Below are positions 1 through 8,935 of a stretch of 64,000 bases of DNA, in pieces. Within the stretch, counting starts at the first letter, position 1, and the number at the start of each line of letters is the position of its first letter. Below the pieces are notes generated by a model, which saw only the letters and a program-made list of their open reading frames with translations, made no database searches and was not told where the DNA came from. The DNA comes from an uncultured Gemmatimonadales bacterium (GTDB taxonomy: Bacteria > Gemmatimonadota > Gemmatimonadetes > Gemmatimonadales > Gemmatimonadaceae): assembly GCA_963793305.1 (NCBI GenBank), contig CAWBZV010000005.1, positions 1,248,001 to 1,312,000 on the forward strand, given 5' to 3'. The position numbers and the translations under genes were made by a program.

Positions 1-13
1 AGGCGGGAATTAT

Positions 14-26
14 ATGTGCGTATGCG
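14..26. promoter_or_regulatory. Candidate ArsR operator (second copy of the motif at 1360-1372)
   Basis: ATGTGCGTATGCG matches ATGTGCATATGCG upstream of the 970-1338 arsR at 12/13; AT-rich island downstream of the phosphoesterase. Confidence 0.45.
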
Positions 27-81
27 TCTGTCCATATATACATAGCCCGCGCGAGTGCGTTCGCAAGGAGCGGCTCGCGCG

Positions 82-876
82 TCAGTGTCGAGCGCCGGTA
101 GAGTGGCCCGCGTCGGACGGACGCGAGACAACGCCACCGGTCCGAAGATAGTCGGCGAACTCGTGCGGCAAGTCGCTGGCGAGTATCCCCTGCATAGCGC
201 GGTCGAGATCGTAGTCCACGCGCACGAACTCGACGGCCACGGCCCCTGCACCCACATCGAGCAACACATATCCCGCGCGCCAGTCGCCGTCCTTTGGCCG
301 CCCGACGCTGCCGGTGTTCAAGAAGTGAACGCCCTCGACCACCCGATGCCACGGCTTGTGCGTGTGACCGAACGCCAGCACGTCACCCGGCCGCGCGCCG
401 GCGAGCTCCGCCATCTTCGTGCAGAAGGTGTCCGGCCGGTCCTCGGTCCAGTAGACCGTATTGAGCGTCGGCGTCCCGTGCACCAGCGTAACCGTAGGCC
501 CCGCGACGTGGCCGCCGAGCGGACGGAGATCGAGTCGGAACGGCAGCGTCCCGAGATACGCCTTGGTCGCATCCGAGGTATGTCCCAGTGTCCACGCGTA
601 GCTCTCGTGCGACAACGCCTCCTGGTGCGGATCCTCGTACTTGCACCCGCAGTGCTTGTAGGCCGTCGCGACGGTGGAATCGTAGTTCCCGTTGACGCCC
701 GGGATCCCGTGCGTGCGCAGCAGCGCCACCGTCTCATTGGGCCACGGCGCATAGCCGACCAGATCGCCGAGATGGTACGTGGCGCCGATCGATGCCCCGC
801 GCGCGCCAATGTCGAGCAGAACGGCTTCGAGCGCGGGCAGGTTCGCGTGAACGTCGGATAGCAACGCGTATCGCAC
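82..876 (-). CDS. Calcineurin-like metallophosphoesterase (ars-cluster associated)
   Basis: SDVHAN, GDLVGY, GNYD, HGTP, FGHTH and NTGSVG motifs; GTG start with GAGG upstream. Confidence 0.9.
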   Translation of the reverse strand: MRYALLSDVHANLPALEAVLLDIGARGASIGATYHLGDLVGYAPWPNETVALLRTHGIPGVNGNYDSTVATAYKHCGCKYEDPHQEALSHESYAWTLGHTSDATKAYLGTLPFRLDLRPLGGHVAGPTVTLVHGTPTLNTVYWTEDRPDTFCTKMAELAGARPGDVLAFGHTHKPWHRVVEGVHFLNTGSVGRPKDGDWRAGYVLLDVGAGAVAVEFVRVDYDLDRAMQGILASDLPHEFADYLRTGGVVSRPSDAGHSTGARH

Positions 877-969
877 GAAGACCTCGGAGTCGAAACTGTT
901 ATCCCAACGACGAGTCAGTCATCGGCGTCGCCGCGATCGTCCGTGGGCGCTCCTCGGACGTCTGCGCGA

Positions 970-1338
970 TCAGCATGGATCGGACTCGCGGTCTTGCACG
1001 CGCGCCTCCGCGGCCGCTCGCTCATCGTCCAGCGACTCGATGCCCTTGAAGCAGCTCTTCACGCAGTTGAGCAACGTCCGATGGACCATGTGTTCGGGCG
1101 GCAAAAGCCGATAGTGCGCGAACTGCCCCGCCCGCATCACCTCGACGAGCCGCGCGTGACGGAGCGCCGCGAGATGCCGCGATACGGTGGGCTGCGGCAG
1201 GTCGAGGAGCGCGGTGATATCGCACACGCACAGTTCGCCGGCGGCAAGCACGTTCAGGATCCGCAGGCGCGTCGGGTCCGCGAACGCCTTGAACAGCGTG
1301 TCAACCTTCGCGACGGTGGGTGCAGTGGCGGGGCTCAC
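970..1338 (-). CDS. arsR: ArsR/SmtB family metalloregulator
   Basis: FKAFADPTRLRIL..ELCVCDI..QPTVSRHLAAL winged HTH with the ELCVCD metal-binding box. Confidence 0.9.
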   Translation of the reverse strand: MSPATAPTVAKVDTLFKAFADPTRLRILNVLAAGELCVCDITALLDLPQPTVSRHLAALRHARLVEVMRAGQFAHYRLLPPEHMVHRTLLNCVKSCFKGIESLDDERAAAEARVQDRESDPC

Positions 1339-1357
1339 CGCTTATGCGCTGAGGCGC

Positions 1358-1377
1358 AAATGTGCATATGCGAATTT
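1358..1377. promoter_or_regulatory. Imperfect palindrome, candidate ArsR operator
   Basis: AAATGTGCATATGCGAATTT is 16/20 self-complementary and lies 20 bp upstream of the arsR start. Confidence 0.55.
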
Positions 1378-1445
1378 CATCTCCGCGCAACGCGAACGTC
1401 AAGTCACGATCACGCACGCGAACGACGATCGTCCGCCCCAGTATC

Positions 1446-2531
1446 TCAAGCAGCCCGCGTGTCCTCGCCGACCATTCTGACGATCTCGTCCACGGCCACC
1501 CGCGCGCTCCGTCCGACGCCCACGAGTGTTGCCGACGCATACCCAGTCCAGTTCCCATAGCCGACAAGCCACAGCCGCGGCGCGAGGAGCGCCCGCGTCT
1601 CATCGGTTCGGACTCGTCCGTCCGGCTCGATGACGTCGAGTGACGCGAGATGCTGGAGCGCCGGCCGAAACCCAGTCGCCCACACGATCGCCTCGACCTC
1701 GCGCGATGTTCCGTCCGACCATACCGCGGCACTTCCCTCCAGCCGATCGAACATCGGGATCGGATCGAGCACACCACGCGCACGCGCCTCACGAACCGCA
1801 GGTACACTCACGATGTCGCCCAGACTCCGCGAGGGCGGGGGCGGACGACCTTCGCGCAACGCACGGTATCGTTCCGTCGCCTGCTCGAACAACACGCGGC
1901 CATCAACGTCATCCGGCAGAAATCGCGGCGCCTCACGCGTCGCCCACACAACATCGGTCACATCGGCTAGCTCCGCCACGATCTGTGCACCGGAGTTGCC
2001 ACCGCCGACGACGATCGTGCGCCGCCCTCGCAGCAGCTCCGGTCCGCTGTAGTGCGCCGAGTGCAGTTGCATCCCTCGAAACAGCGCGGCGCCTGGCACA
2101 AGAGGCACAACGGGGTTCGCCCACGTACCGGTCGCGCTCACCACCGCGCGCGCGACCCACATGCCACGATCCGTCTCGACGTGCAGCTCTTCACCCACTC
2201 GTCGGACCGCCTGTACGCGAACCGGCCGCTCGACCGGCAGAGCGTAACGCGACTCATAGGCCGCGAGATACGCGACCACTTCATCGCGCGTCGGGTATTC
2301 GCCATCGGCAGCGAGCGGCATCATCCAGCCCGGCAGCGAGCTCCACTGCGCCGGCGAGAACAACCGGAGCGAGGGCCATGTCTCGCGCCACGCGCCACCG
2401 GGCCCGGCCTCCGCATCGAGCAGCACGAATGATAGGCCCGTCCGACGTAGATAGTAGCCGACCGCGAGCCCTGCCTGGCCGGCGCCGATCACGACGACAT
2501 CGACAGGTCGCGCCGTCTCAGCGACCGTCAC
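1446..2531 (-). CDS. arsO: ArsO-family flavin-containing monooxygenase
   Basis: GAGQAG FAD motif, WPSLRLFSP, QLHSAHY, GGGNSG NADPH motif, ATGF; located in the ars operon. Confidence 0.8.
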   Translation of the reverse strand: MTVAETARPVDVVVIGAGQAGLAVGYYLRRTGLSFVLLDAEAGPGGAWRETWPSLRLFSPAQWSSLPGWMMPLAADGEYPTRDEVVAYLAAYESRYALPVERPVRVQAVRRVGEELHVETDRGMWVARAVVSATGTWANPVVPLVPGAALFRGMQLHSAHYSGPELLRGRRTIVVGGGNSGAQIVAELADVTDVVWATREAPRFLPDDVDGRVLFEQATERYRALREGRPPPPSRSLGDIVSVPAVREARARGVLDPIPMFDRLEGSAAVWSDGTSREVEAIVWATGFRPALQHLASLDVIEPDGRVRTDETRALLAPRLWLVGYGNWTGYASATLVGVGRSARVAVDEIVRMVGEDTRAA

Positions 2532-3012
2532 GCCCGTTCGTGATAGGCCGCACCATCACGACAGCCGACGCTGGACATGCACTTGTGAACTCCTCCGTCG
2601 CGGCGACATCGGCCGGCACGGACGCGCGCGTGGTCTCGGTGAAGCCGAACTTCGGGAAGTAGTGCGCCGCGGTCGTCGTCAGCAGGTACATCGCGTGCAG
2701 CCTTCGCTCTTCCGCCTCCGCGATGACCCGGCTCACGAGTGTGCGCGCCAACCCCTGCTTCTGCCAGGCCGGCGCGACCGCGACGGAACGCAGCAGCCCA
2801 TTGTCGCAACACAGCTCCAGACCGGCCACGCCCACCAACTCGCCGCGATGCTCCGCCACGACGAACGTCGTGATCGCACCAGCGACTCCGACCACCGGCA
2901 GGTCCGACGCCGTGAGTAGCTGCTCGACGGCCGGCAGATCGTCCGCCGTCGCCGCCCGGAGCGTCGGCCCATCGAAGCGGGGCTTCGTTGCTTCGATCAC
3001 GCTCATCGTCAC
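2518..3012 (-). CDS. arsN2: Arsenic-resistance GNAT N-acetyltransferase (ArsN2-like)
   Basis: LLRSVAV..QKQGLA acetyl-CoA motif, YLLTTTAAHYFPKFGF, C-terminal SACPASA; overlaps arsM and arsO. Confidence 0.8.
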   Translation of the reverse strand: MTMSVIEATKPRFDGPTLRAATADDLPAVEQLLTASDLPVVGVAGAITTFVVAEHRGELVGVAGLELCCDNGLLRSVAVAPAWQKQGLARTLVSRVIAEAEERRLHAMYLLTTTAAHYFPKFGFTETTRASVPADVAATEEFTSACPASAVVMVRPITNGRDGR

Positions 3013-3869
3013 TCCGGCTTCTGCGCCCGCACGAAGGCGCTCAGGATTCGCCCCGACACCTCGCGCGCCACGACATCCGCGTCGAGACCGGCGCTCGCCA
3101 GGAACGCCTTCGCGTCCTCGATCTCGTAGACCCGCGTCGGCTCGATCGACGCGTCGACGAACCCAACGTCCGCGAGCAGCGACAGAAATTCGTCCTCACC
3201 CAACGCGCCCGCAATGCACCCGACCCACAGTTCCATACTCTGCTTGACCACCGCTGGGATCTCTCCCCGCACGATGACGTCCGACACCGCGAATCGACCG
3301 CCTGGCTTGAGCACCCGGAACGCCTCAGCCAGAACCGCCCGCTTGTCGCCCGACAGGTTGATGACGCAGTTCGAGATGATCACGTCCACCGACGCGTCAG
3401 GGAGCGGTACCGCTTCGATCTGGCCTTTGAGGAACTCGACGTTCGTGACTCCGGCCTTGCGCTGGTTCTCGCGCGCGAGCGCCAACATCTCGTCCGTCAT
3501 GTCGAGTCCATACGCCTTGCCGGTCGCCCCGACACGCTTGGCCGACAGCAGCACGTCGATACCGCCGCCAGAGCCCAGGTCGAGCACGGTCTCCCCCTCG
3601 CGCAGCGTCGCTAACGCCGTCGGGTTCCCGCACCCGAGCGACGCCAGGACCGCTTCTTGAGGCAGCGTCGCCGTCTCATCACTCCCGTAGAGGTTCGACG
3701 TGATCGGGTTGACCTCGTTGAGCCCGAGCGCCTCGGCCGCCGACCCGCCACAGCACGTCGGCCCGCAGCAACTCGCCGCTTCCCCCGACGCCACGCGAAG
3801 CGCCGCCTTGCCGTACCGGTCCCGCACCGTCGCCGCGATTCCCGCGTTGTCCGCTTCCGTCGAGCTCAT
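3009..3869 (-). CDS. arsM: Arsenite S-adenosylmethionine methyltransferase
   Basis: N-terminal CC pairs, SLGCGNP, DLGSGGG SAM motif, SNCVINL, WVGCIAGAL; RBS AAGGAGG. Confidence 0.95.
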   Translation of the reverse strand: MSSTEADNAGIAATVRDRYGKAALRVASGEAASCCGPTCCGGSAAEALGLNEVNPITSNLYGSDETATLPQEAVLASLGCGNPTALATLREGETVLDLGSGGGIDVLLSAKRVGATGKAYGLDMTDEMLALARENQRKAGVTNVEFLKGQIEAVPLPDASVDVIISNCVINLSGDKRAVLAEAFRVLKPGGRFAVSDVIVRGEIPAVVKQSMELWVGCIAGALGEDEFLSLLADVGFVDASIEPTRVYEIEDAKAFLASAGLDADVVAREVSGRILSAFVRAQKPE

Positions 3870-3885
3870 CGTCCCTCCTTATCGC

Positions 3886-3901
3886 ATAAAGAATAGTTGA
3901 T
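3886..3901. promoter_or_regulatory. ArsR operator-like site upstream of arsM
   Basis: ATAAA-N6-TTGAT, one mismatch to the ATCAA-N6-TTGAT site at 4280-4295. Confidence 0.6.
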
Positions 3902-3942
3902 GAATCGAACCTGAGAAAGGCGCGCCAGACCGCGCGCGCCTG

Positions 3943-4266
3943 TCACCCGCAGCATTGGGCCGCGAGCACCGCCAAGCGCCGGGAAGGTAGCCCTCCAACG
4001 AACGCCTCGAGCTGCACGAACGCGTCCCGGTTGAGCGAGTAATACGCCCACCGACCGTCTCGCCGGTCACTCACCAGCCCGGCGTCCTTCAACGTCTTGA
4101 GATGAAACGACAGCAACGACTGGCCGAGATCGAGCGCATCAGTCAACTCGCAGACGCATCGTTCGCCCCCACGGAGCAAATCCACGATCCGCAAGCGGTG
4201 CTCGTCTGAGAGCGCCTTGAACTGACGCGTAATCCCACTGAGATCGGTCATCGCCGTCGTCGTCAT
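3943..4266 (-). CDS. arsR: ArsR/SmtB family metalloregulator
   Basis: FKALSDEHRLRI..ERCVCEL..LSFHLKTLKDAGLV and a C-terminal CC; start moved to the ATG at 4266. Confidence 0.9.
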   Translation of the reverse strand: MTTTAMTDLSGITRQFKALSDEHRLRIVDLLRGGERCVCELTDALDLGQSLLSFHLKTLKDAGLVSDRRDGRWAYYSLNRDAFVQLEAFVGGLPSRRLAVLAAQCCG

Positions 4267-4272
4267 GAGAGA

Positions 4273-4302
4273 ATAGTATATCAATGAACATTGATGTGTC
4301 AA
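4273..4302 (-). promoter_or_regulatory. Sigma70-type promoter with an overlapping ArsR operator
   Basis: Minus-strand TTGACA (4302-4297) and TATACT/TACTAT (4280-4273); perfect inverted repeat ATCAATG-AA-CATTGAT (4280-4295) in the spacer. Confidence 0.8.
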
Positions 4303-4444
4303 CTCCCTCCCCAGATCTGCCCCGCGCCCGCGATACGGCGCTCGCTCGAAGCACGATGCCAAAGAGATCGCCTAAGTGATCTTTCTCGGCGGATCTGAAA
4401 ACTCTGACTCAGGACAGTCGGTTATCGCCTGCAGCAGATACGGC

Positions 4445-4753
4445 TCAGCCTTCGATCTTGTAGATCTCCCGCTTGCCGTGATCGACGAGGTCATGGTAGC
4501 CCTTCATGAGCTCCTCGTACTGCTTCATCTCGTCCGCGTTCTGCGGCATCGCCATCATGTTCTCAAACGCGGCGAGGTCTTTGACCTCCATCTCGGACAC
4601 AACGGTCCAGTACTGCTCGGCGCAGAAGTCGGTCATGATCTTCATGGGCGGCATGCCGAATTTCGCGTTCAATTTCCCCATGGCCAGAAACTTCTCGACC
4701 AGCGGTCGCACTTTCCCGGGCTTGCAATAGAAAACTTCGCGGATCAAGTACAT
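4445..4753 (-). CDS. Small hypothetical protein, possible NIPSNAP-like alpha+beta barrel
   Basis: RBS AAAGGAGG; MYLIREVFYCKPGK..REIYKIE pattern. Confidence 0.65.
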   Translation of the reverse strand: MYLIREVFYCKPGKVRPLVEKFLAMGKLNAKFGMPPMKIMTDFCAEQYWTVVSEMEVKDLAAFENMMAMPQNADEMKQYEELMKGYHDLVDHGKREIYKIEG

Positions 4754-4764
4754 GGCGGCCTCCT

Positions 4765-5742
4765 TTAGCCGAACGTGAACGAGTACGCCGCCACGCCGGG
4801 ATCGAGAAACTCGATCCGAAATGTCCGGTCTTCGATACGCCCCTTCTGTCGGATGAGCTGATACATGCGGGGCTCGCGAACCTCACCGGTCCCATCGGGC
4901 GCAACGTCGACGCCGTGGTTCTCACCGGGCGCGGCGCCCTCCAACGTAACCTTGAACCGGATGGGCTTTCCATTCCCACCCATCACGAGGTGGAGATCGC
5001 GCGCGTGGAAGCGATAGGTGATGACGCCGGGCGCTCTTTGAAGAATTGCGCTCTCGGCGCCGCGATCCCAGCCGCCGCTCAAGCTCCAGAGATCCGAGGG
5101 CGCCAACCGGCGAGCACCGACATACGTCTCCGGCGTCTCGTCCGCACCGCTCGCCGGCGCCTCGGGGCCCGTGCCCAATACGTCGACCGTACCCCCCGGC
5201 ACATTCGTGGCCCCATTCTCCTTCAGTAGCTGCTGAATGACCCGCTCGGACTCGGCGTAATCACCCTCGCCGAAATGGTGATGGCGAACCTTGCCCTTGC
5301 CATCAATGAAGTAGTCCGCCGGCCAGTAGTTGTTGTCGAGCGAGTTCCAGATCGCGTAATTGTTGTCCATCGGGACTGGGTACGTGACAGCGTACTTGCC
5401 GAGCGCTGGCTCGACATTCGCGCGCTCTTTCTCGAACGAAAACTCCGGCGTGTGCACACCGATCACCACCAAGCCGGCGTCCTTGTACTTCGCCGCCCAC
5501 GCCTGGATGTACGGCAACTGGCGCAGCGAGTTGATGCACGAGTACGTCCAGATATCGACCAGCACGACCTTGCCGTGGAGCGACTGAAAGGTGATCGGCG
5601 CGGAGTTGAGCCACGCGACGGCGCCGCTCAAATCCGGACCGCGCCGTTTGTCGGCTAACCCCAAGCTAGCCGCGACCGCCGCGGTGCCCATCGCCGCGGC
5701 GCTAAAGAAGTGACGACGGTTGATCCCCGACATGCTCAGCAT
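4765..5742 (-). CDS. Tat-exported thioredoxin/redoxin protein (DipZ C-terminal-like)
   Basis: NRRHFF Tat motif, WLNSAP, DIWTYSCINS, GVHTPEF, NNYWPA, TPETY; the N-terminal extension in the ORF track is spurious. Confidence 0.85.
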   Translation of the reverse strand: MLSMSGINRRHFFSAAAMGTAAVAASLGLADKRRGPDLSGAVAWLNSAPITFQSLHGKVVLVDIWTYSCINSLRQLPYIQAWAAKYKDAGLVVIGVHTPEFSFEKERANVEPALGKYAVTYPVPMDNNYAIWNSLDNNYWPADYFIDGKGKVRHHHFGEGDYAESERVIQQLLKENGATNVPGGTVDVLGTGPEAPASGADETPETYVGARRLAPSDLWSLSGGWDRGAESAILQRAPGVITYRFHARDLHLVMGGNGKPIRFKVTLEGAAPGENHGVDVAPDGTGEVREPRMYQLIRQKGRIEDRTFRIEFLDPGVAAYSFTFG

Positions 5743-5786
5743 TCTCCGATCACGGGTTCTCGACCGCGTAAACCTAAGCGTAACAA

Positions 5787-5919
5787 GTATTGGGGGGTCC
5801 GGGGGGCGTAGTTGGGGTTGCCCCCCGGAGGCGAACCGACCAGTCGAGCAGCGCGCAGCGCTGCATCGACGCGCCGCGGAGCGGCGTATCGGGGGGGCCG
5901 GGGGGCTGCGGAGCGGCGT
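5787..5919. repeat. G-rich REP-like intergenic element with hairpins
   Basis: Direct repeat GTATTGGGGGGTCCGGGGGGC (5787-5807) / GTATCGGGGGGGCCGGGGGGC (5886-5906); hairpins at 5799-5828 and 5843-5870. Confidence 0.6.
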
Positions 5920-6944
5920 TAGTGCGACTGATCCGTGATCCAGTTCGCTTCCCACGTTTTGCCGCCATCGGCGGAATACGCCTGCTCGAAGTGCGGCGCT
6001 CCCGCCGCTGCGCCCGACCATTCGTAGCGAATGAAGATCCCGCGGTTGTCCCACGAATCCTGCGCGTAGAAGTCGCCGACGCCATTCTTGAACTCGCCGA
6101 TCTGCGGGAATGAGAGAACGCCGTCGCGGCTGTTGGCCCAGTACAGGTACCACTGGTGCGTATCCGGGTTGTACGTACGGAGCGTCAGGCCGAGCCCGGT
6201 CTCCCCGACGTTAGCGCGTCCATCCCAGAGCGGGTAGACGGCAAGTGTGCCGTCATACGTGCTCCACTGGTTGGAGCCGGTGAGCGGTTTCGCAAGCCGC
6301 TTGAGGTGATACTTCCACTGGCCAAAGATGAAATCGAAGTCGTGCTGAGTAGCGGGAGCGTTGGCGATCGTCTGCTCGGTGGTATCCGTCGTCCGGGTCT
6401 GGTCCGTGATCCAGTTGACCTCCCACGTCTTGCCGCCATCGCCGGAGAACGCCTGCTCGAAGTGCGGCGTGCTCGTATTCGTCTTCGACCAAATAAACCG
6501 GATAAAGATGCTCTTGCCGTTGAGCGTGTCTTGAGCGTAGAACTCGCCCTGTCCATCTTTGAATTCGCCGATCTGGGGCACGACGACGATGCCATTCTTG
6601 CTGTTCGCCCAGTAGAGGCGCCACTGATGCGCCTCGGGGTTGTACGTGCGGAGCGTGAGGCCCTCGATGGAACCGCCCGCGCCATCGGTCTCGAACTGCT
6701 CGATCTGCGCGGCGCCGTGCCACAGGAAGCGCGTCACGCTGGTGCCATCGAACTCGACCCACTGATTGGAGCCGGTCAACGGATGCAGGCGGCGCTTGAG
6801 ATGGATGTGCCAGTGACCGACCTCGAAATCGAAGTCGTGTTGGCCGTCGGGTGCTTGCGGTGTGACACTGGTGGCCAGGGCATGGACGCTCAGGGCAGCG
6901 GTCGCCAGAGTGCACAGGGCAATGAGTTTTCGCATGCTAGTCAT
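5919..6944 (-). CDS. Secreted protein with two tandem DUF1579-like domains
   Basis: Signal peptide MRKLIALC; HDFDF..GxW..LTGSNQW..LTLRTYNP..FEQAxSxDGGKTWExNW occurs twice. Confidence 0.8.
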   Translation of the reverse strand: MTSMRKLIALCTLATAALSVHALATSVTPQAPDGQHDFDFEVGHWHIHLKRRLHPLTGSNQWVEFDGTSVTRFLWHGAAQIEQFETDGAGGSIEGLTLRTYNPEAHQWRLYWANSKNGIVVVPQIGEFKDGQGEFYAQDTLNGKSIFIRFIWSKTNTSTPHFEQAFSGDGGKTWEVNWITDQTRTTDTTEQTIANAPATQHDFDFIFGQWKYHLKRLAKPLTGSNQWSTYDGTLAVYPLWDGRANVGETGLGLTLRTYNPDTHQWYLYWANSRDGVLSFPQIGEFKNGVGDFYAQDSWDNRGIFIRYEWSGAAAGAPHFEQAYSADGGKTWEANWITDQSH

Positions 6945-6976
6945 CTAGCAGTATGCTAGAAACCCAGCAATAACCA

Positions 6977-7531
6977 GTGAGACGCGAAATGATCCGCGTG
7001 CGCATAGCCACCGTCGATGATGTCCCGGCGCTCCGGGCTTTGATCGACGCCTCCGTCCGCGGACTCCAGTCCCGCGACTACACGGCGGCCGAGATCGAGC
7101 GCGCGCTGGCGAGTGTGTACGGCGTCGATACGCGGCTCATCGCCGATGGTACGTACTGGGTCGCCGAAGCAGGCGCGATCGTCGGCTGCGGCGGCTGGAG
7201 TCGCCGCGCCACGCTCTTCGGCGGCGACCAATACGCGGGCCGCGAGGACTCGCTGCTCGATCCAACGAAAGATGCCGCCAAGATTCGCGCCTTCTTCGTG
7301 CGCCCCGACTGGGCCCGTCGCGGCATCGGCACGAAGATCCTCGACGCCTGCGAGGGTGCCGCGCGCGCGGCTGGATATACGCGGTTCGAGATGGGCGCGA
7401 CGCTGACGGGAGTTCCGTTCTACGAAGCGCGCGGCTACACGGCCCTCGAAACCATCATGGTGCCACTCCCCGGCGGCGAATCAATGGCGATCGTTCGCAT
7501 GGAGAAGCGGGATCTTCGCGAAGTGATATGA
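6977..7531 (+). CDS. GNAT N-acetyltransferase
   Basis: IRAFFVRPDWARRGIG, ATLTGVPFYEARGY. Confidence 0.88.
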   Translation: MRREMIRVRIATVDDVPALRALIDASVRGLQSRDYTAAEIERALASVYGVDTRLIADGTYWVAEAGAIVGCGGWSRRATLFGGDQYAGREDSLLDPTKDAAKIRAFFVRPDWARRGIGTKILDACEGAARAAGYTRFEMGATLTGVPFYEARGYTALETIMVPLPGGESMAIVRMEKRDLREVI

Positions 7532-8935
7532 CCCATCGACGATCAATGCATCGTGCGTAAACGCGATGGGCGTGCCGTCACCACCGGTAAAGAACGTGGA
7601 GTCGGACTCCGCGAATAATGTCGACGTATCCGCCGGTGCTTGGATCACGATGAGCTTCCCGTTGTTGACCGCGACCGTGAGCGTCGAGCTGTCCCCGCCC
7701 TGGAACCGATATGCTCCGGTGAGGGCCGCCAACTTCTGCGGGTCGACGGGCACGGCCGAGCGAACGACTTGCTGATGCGAAGGCCAACCGTATTCGGCGG
7801 CAACGGCGTTGGCGATTTCGCCCAGCAGCTCGCCGCCGTTATTGCCATTCGCCATGACGACAAAGCCTTGGCCGCGTGTGGCGAACGCATCGAACTTGGC
7901 GACGAATCCCTCGTCCTGGCCGTCGTGAGAGAACTCGAGCGTTGGCCCACTCCCGCTCACGACGTAGCCGATCCCAAACGGTGCCTTCTGCACCGTGAGC
8001 ATCTGCTTGAACGTCGACTCGCTGATCACGGCCGACGTTTGCCCCGCATAGGTGTGTTGCAGAACAATCGCCAGCGTCGCGAGATCCGAGGCGGTCGTCC
8101 ACAGCCCGGCCGCACTCATCTCGGGGTACGTGTGATACTTCCCTTTAATCGGTTGCCCAGTGTTATCGTGCGCGGTCGCGGCTTCGCCGGCACGTGAGGC
8201 CGGCAGTGGCTGCTCATACGCGCTGTGCGTCATGCCCGCGGGCCCGAGCACGGTCGTTTGCATGAACTGGGGAAACGGCTCGTGCACGACGTCGGTCACC
8301 AGCAGCATGGCGATCGTCGTCCCGCCGCCCGAATACCGCGAGATCGCGCCGGGGAAAGTGTCGACGCGCACCGGAGCAGTGTTCGCCGGTTTGATGCCAT
8401 TGAGAACCTGCGGCACGGTCGGGATAGGCGTGCCCGCCTCGTACCCTGGGAACCCGTGAACCGTGAGGCCGGCGTTATGACTCAAGATCCGCCGCAGCGT
8501 GACCTTCTCATGCTCCGTGAACTTGTTGTTCGGCAGATGCCACGACGTGAGCTTGACGTTGACATCCTCATCCAGGTTGAGCTTTCCGTCCTGCACCAAT
8601 CGCATCACGCCCAGCGCGAACGTCGGCTTGCTGATGGAGCCCGCCTCGAAGATCGTCGTGGGCGTGACCGAATCCGCCCCCCCGGCCTCTTTGAGACCAA
8701 ACCCTCTCGCCCAGGCGATCTTGCCGCTATCGATGACGGCAATGCTCACGCCCGGCACATGATAGTGACGCATGCGTTCCGCCAGCGTCCATCGCACCGG
8801 TGGCTGCCCTGTGACGGTGATGTTGGGACGCAGGCCATTGATGACCTGATCCGCGTGCTGCCCAACGGGATCCCGCGCGGGAGCGCACGCCACCAGTGCA
8901 CAAGCCAGGCAGTAACTTAGAGCTCTATGGGACAT
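7481..8935 (-). CDS. Serine hydrolase (beta-lactamase class C-like), probable lipoprotein
   Basis: GSISK (SxxK), YSGGG, AAGLWTT, HDG motifs; LVAC lipobox; start uncertain. Confidence 0.85.
   Translation of the reverse strand: MSHRALSYCLACALVACAPARDPVGQHADQVINGLRPNITVTGQPPVRWTLAERMRHYHVPGVSIAVIDSGKIAWARGFGLKEAGGADSVTPTTIFEAGSISKPTFALGVMRLVQDGKLNLDEDVNVKLTSWHLPNNKFTEHEKVTLRRILSHNAGLTVHGFPGYEAGTPIPTVPQVLNGIKPANTAPVRVDTFPGAISRYSGGGTTIAMLLVTDVVHEPFPQFMQTTVLGPAGMTHSAYEQPLPASRAGEAATAHDNTGQPIKGKYHTYPEMSAAGLWTTASDLATLAIVLQHTYAGQTSAVISESTFKQMLTVQKAPFGIGYVVSGSGPTLEFSHDGQDEGFVAKFDAFATRGQGFVVMANGNNGGELLGEIANAVAAEYGWPSHQQVVRSAVPVDPQKLAALTGAYRFQGGDSSTLTVAVNNGKLIVIQAPADTSTLFAESDSTFFTGGDGTPIAFTHDALIVDGSYHFAKIPLLHANDRH

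Noticed and set aside
5743..6153. N-terminal extension of the redoxin ORF
   Set aside because: It runs through the G-rich repeat and the upstream gene; the Tat signal begins near 5742.
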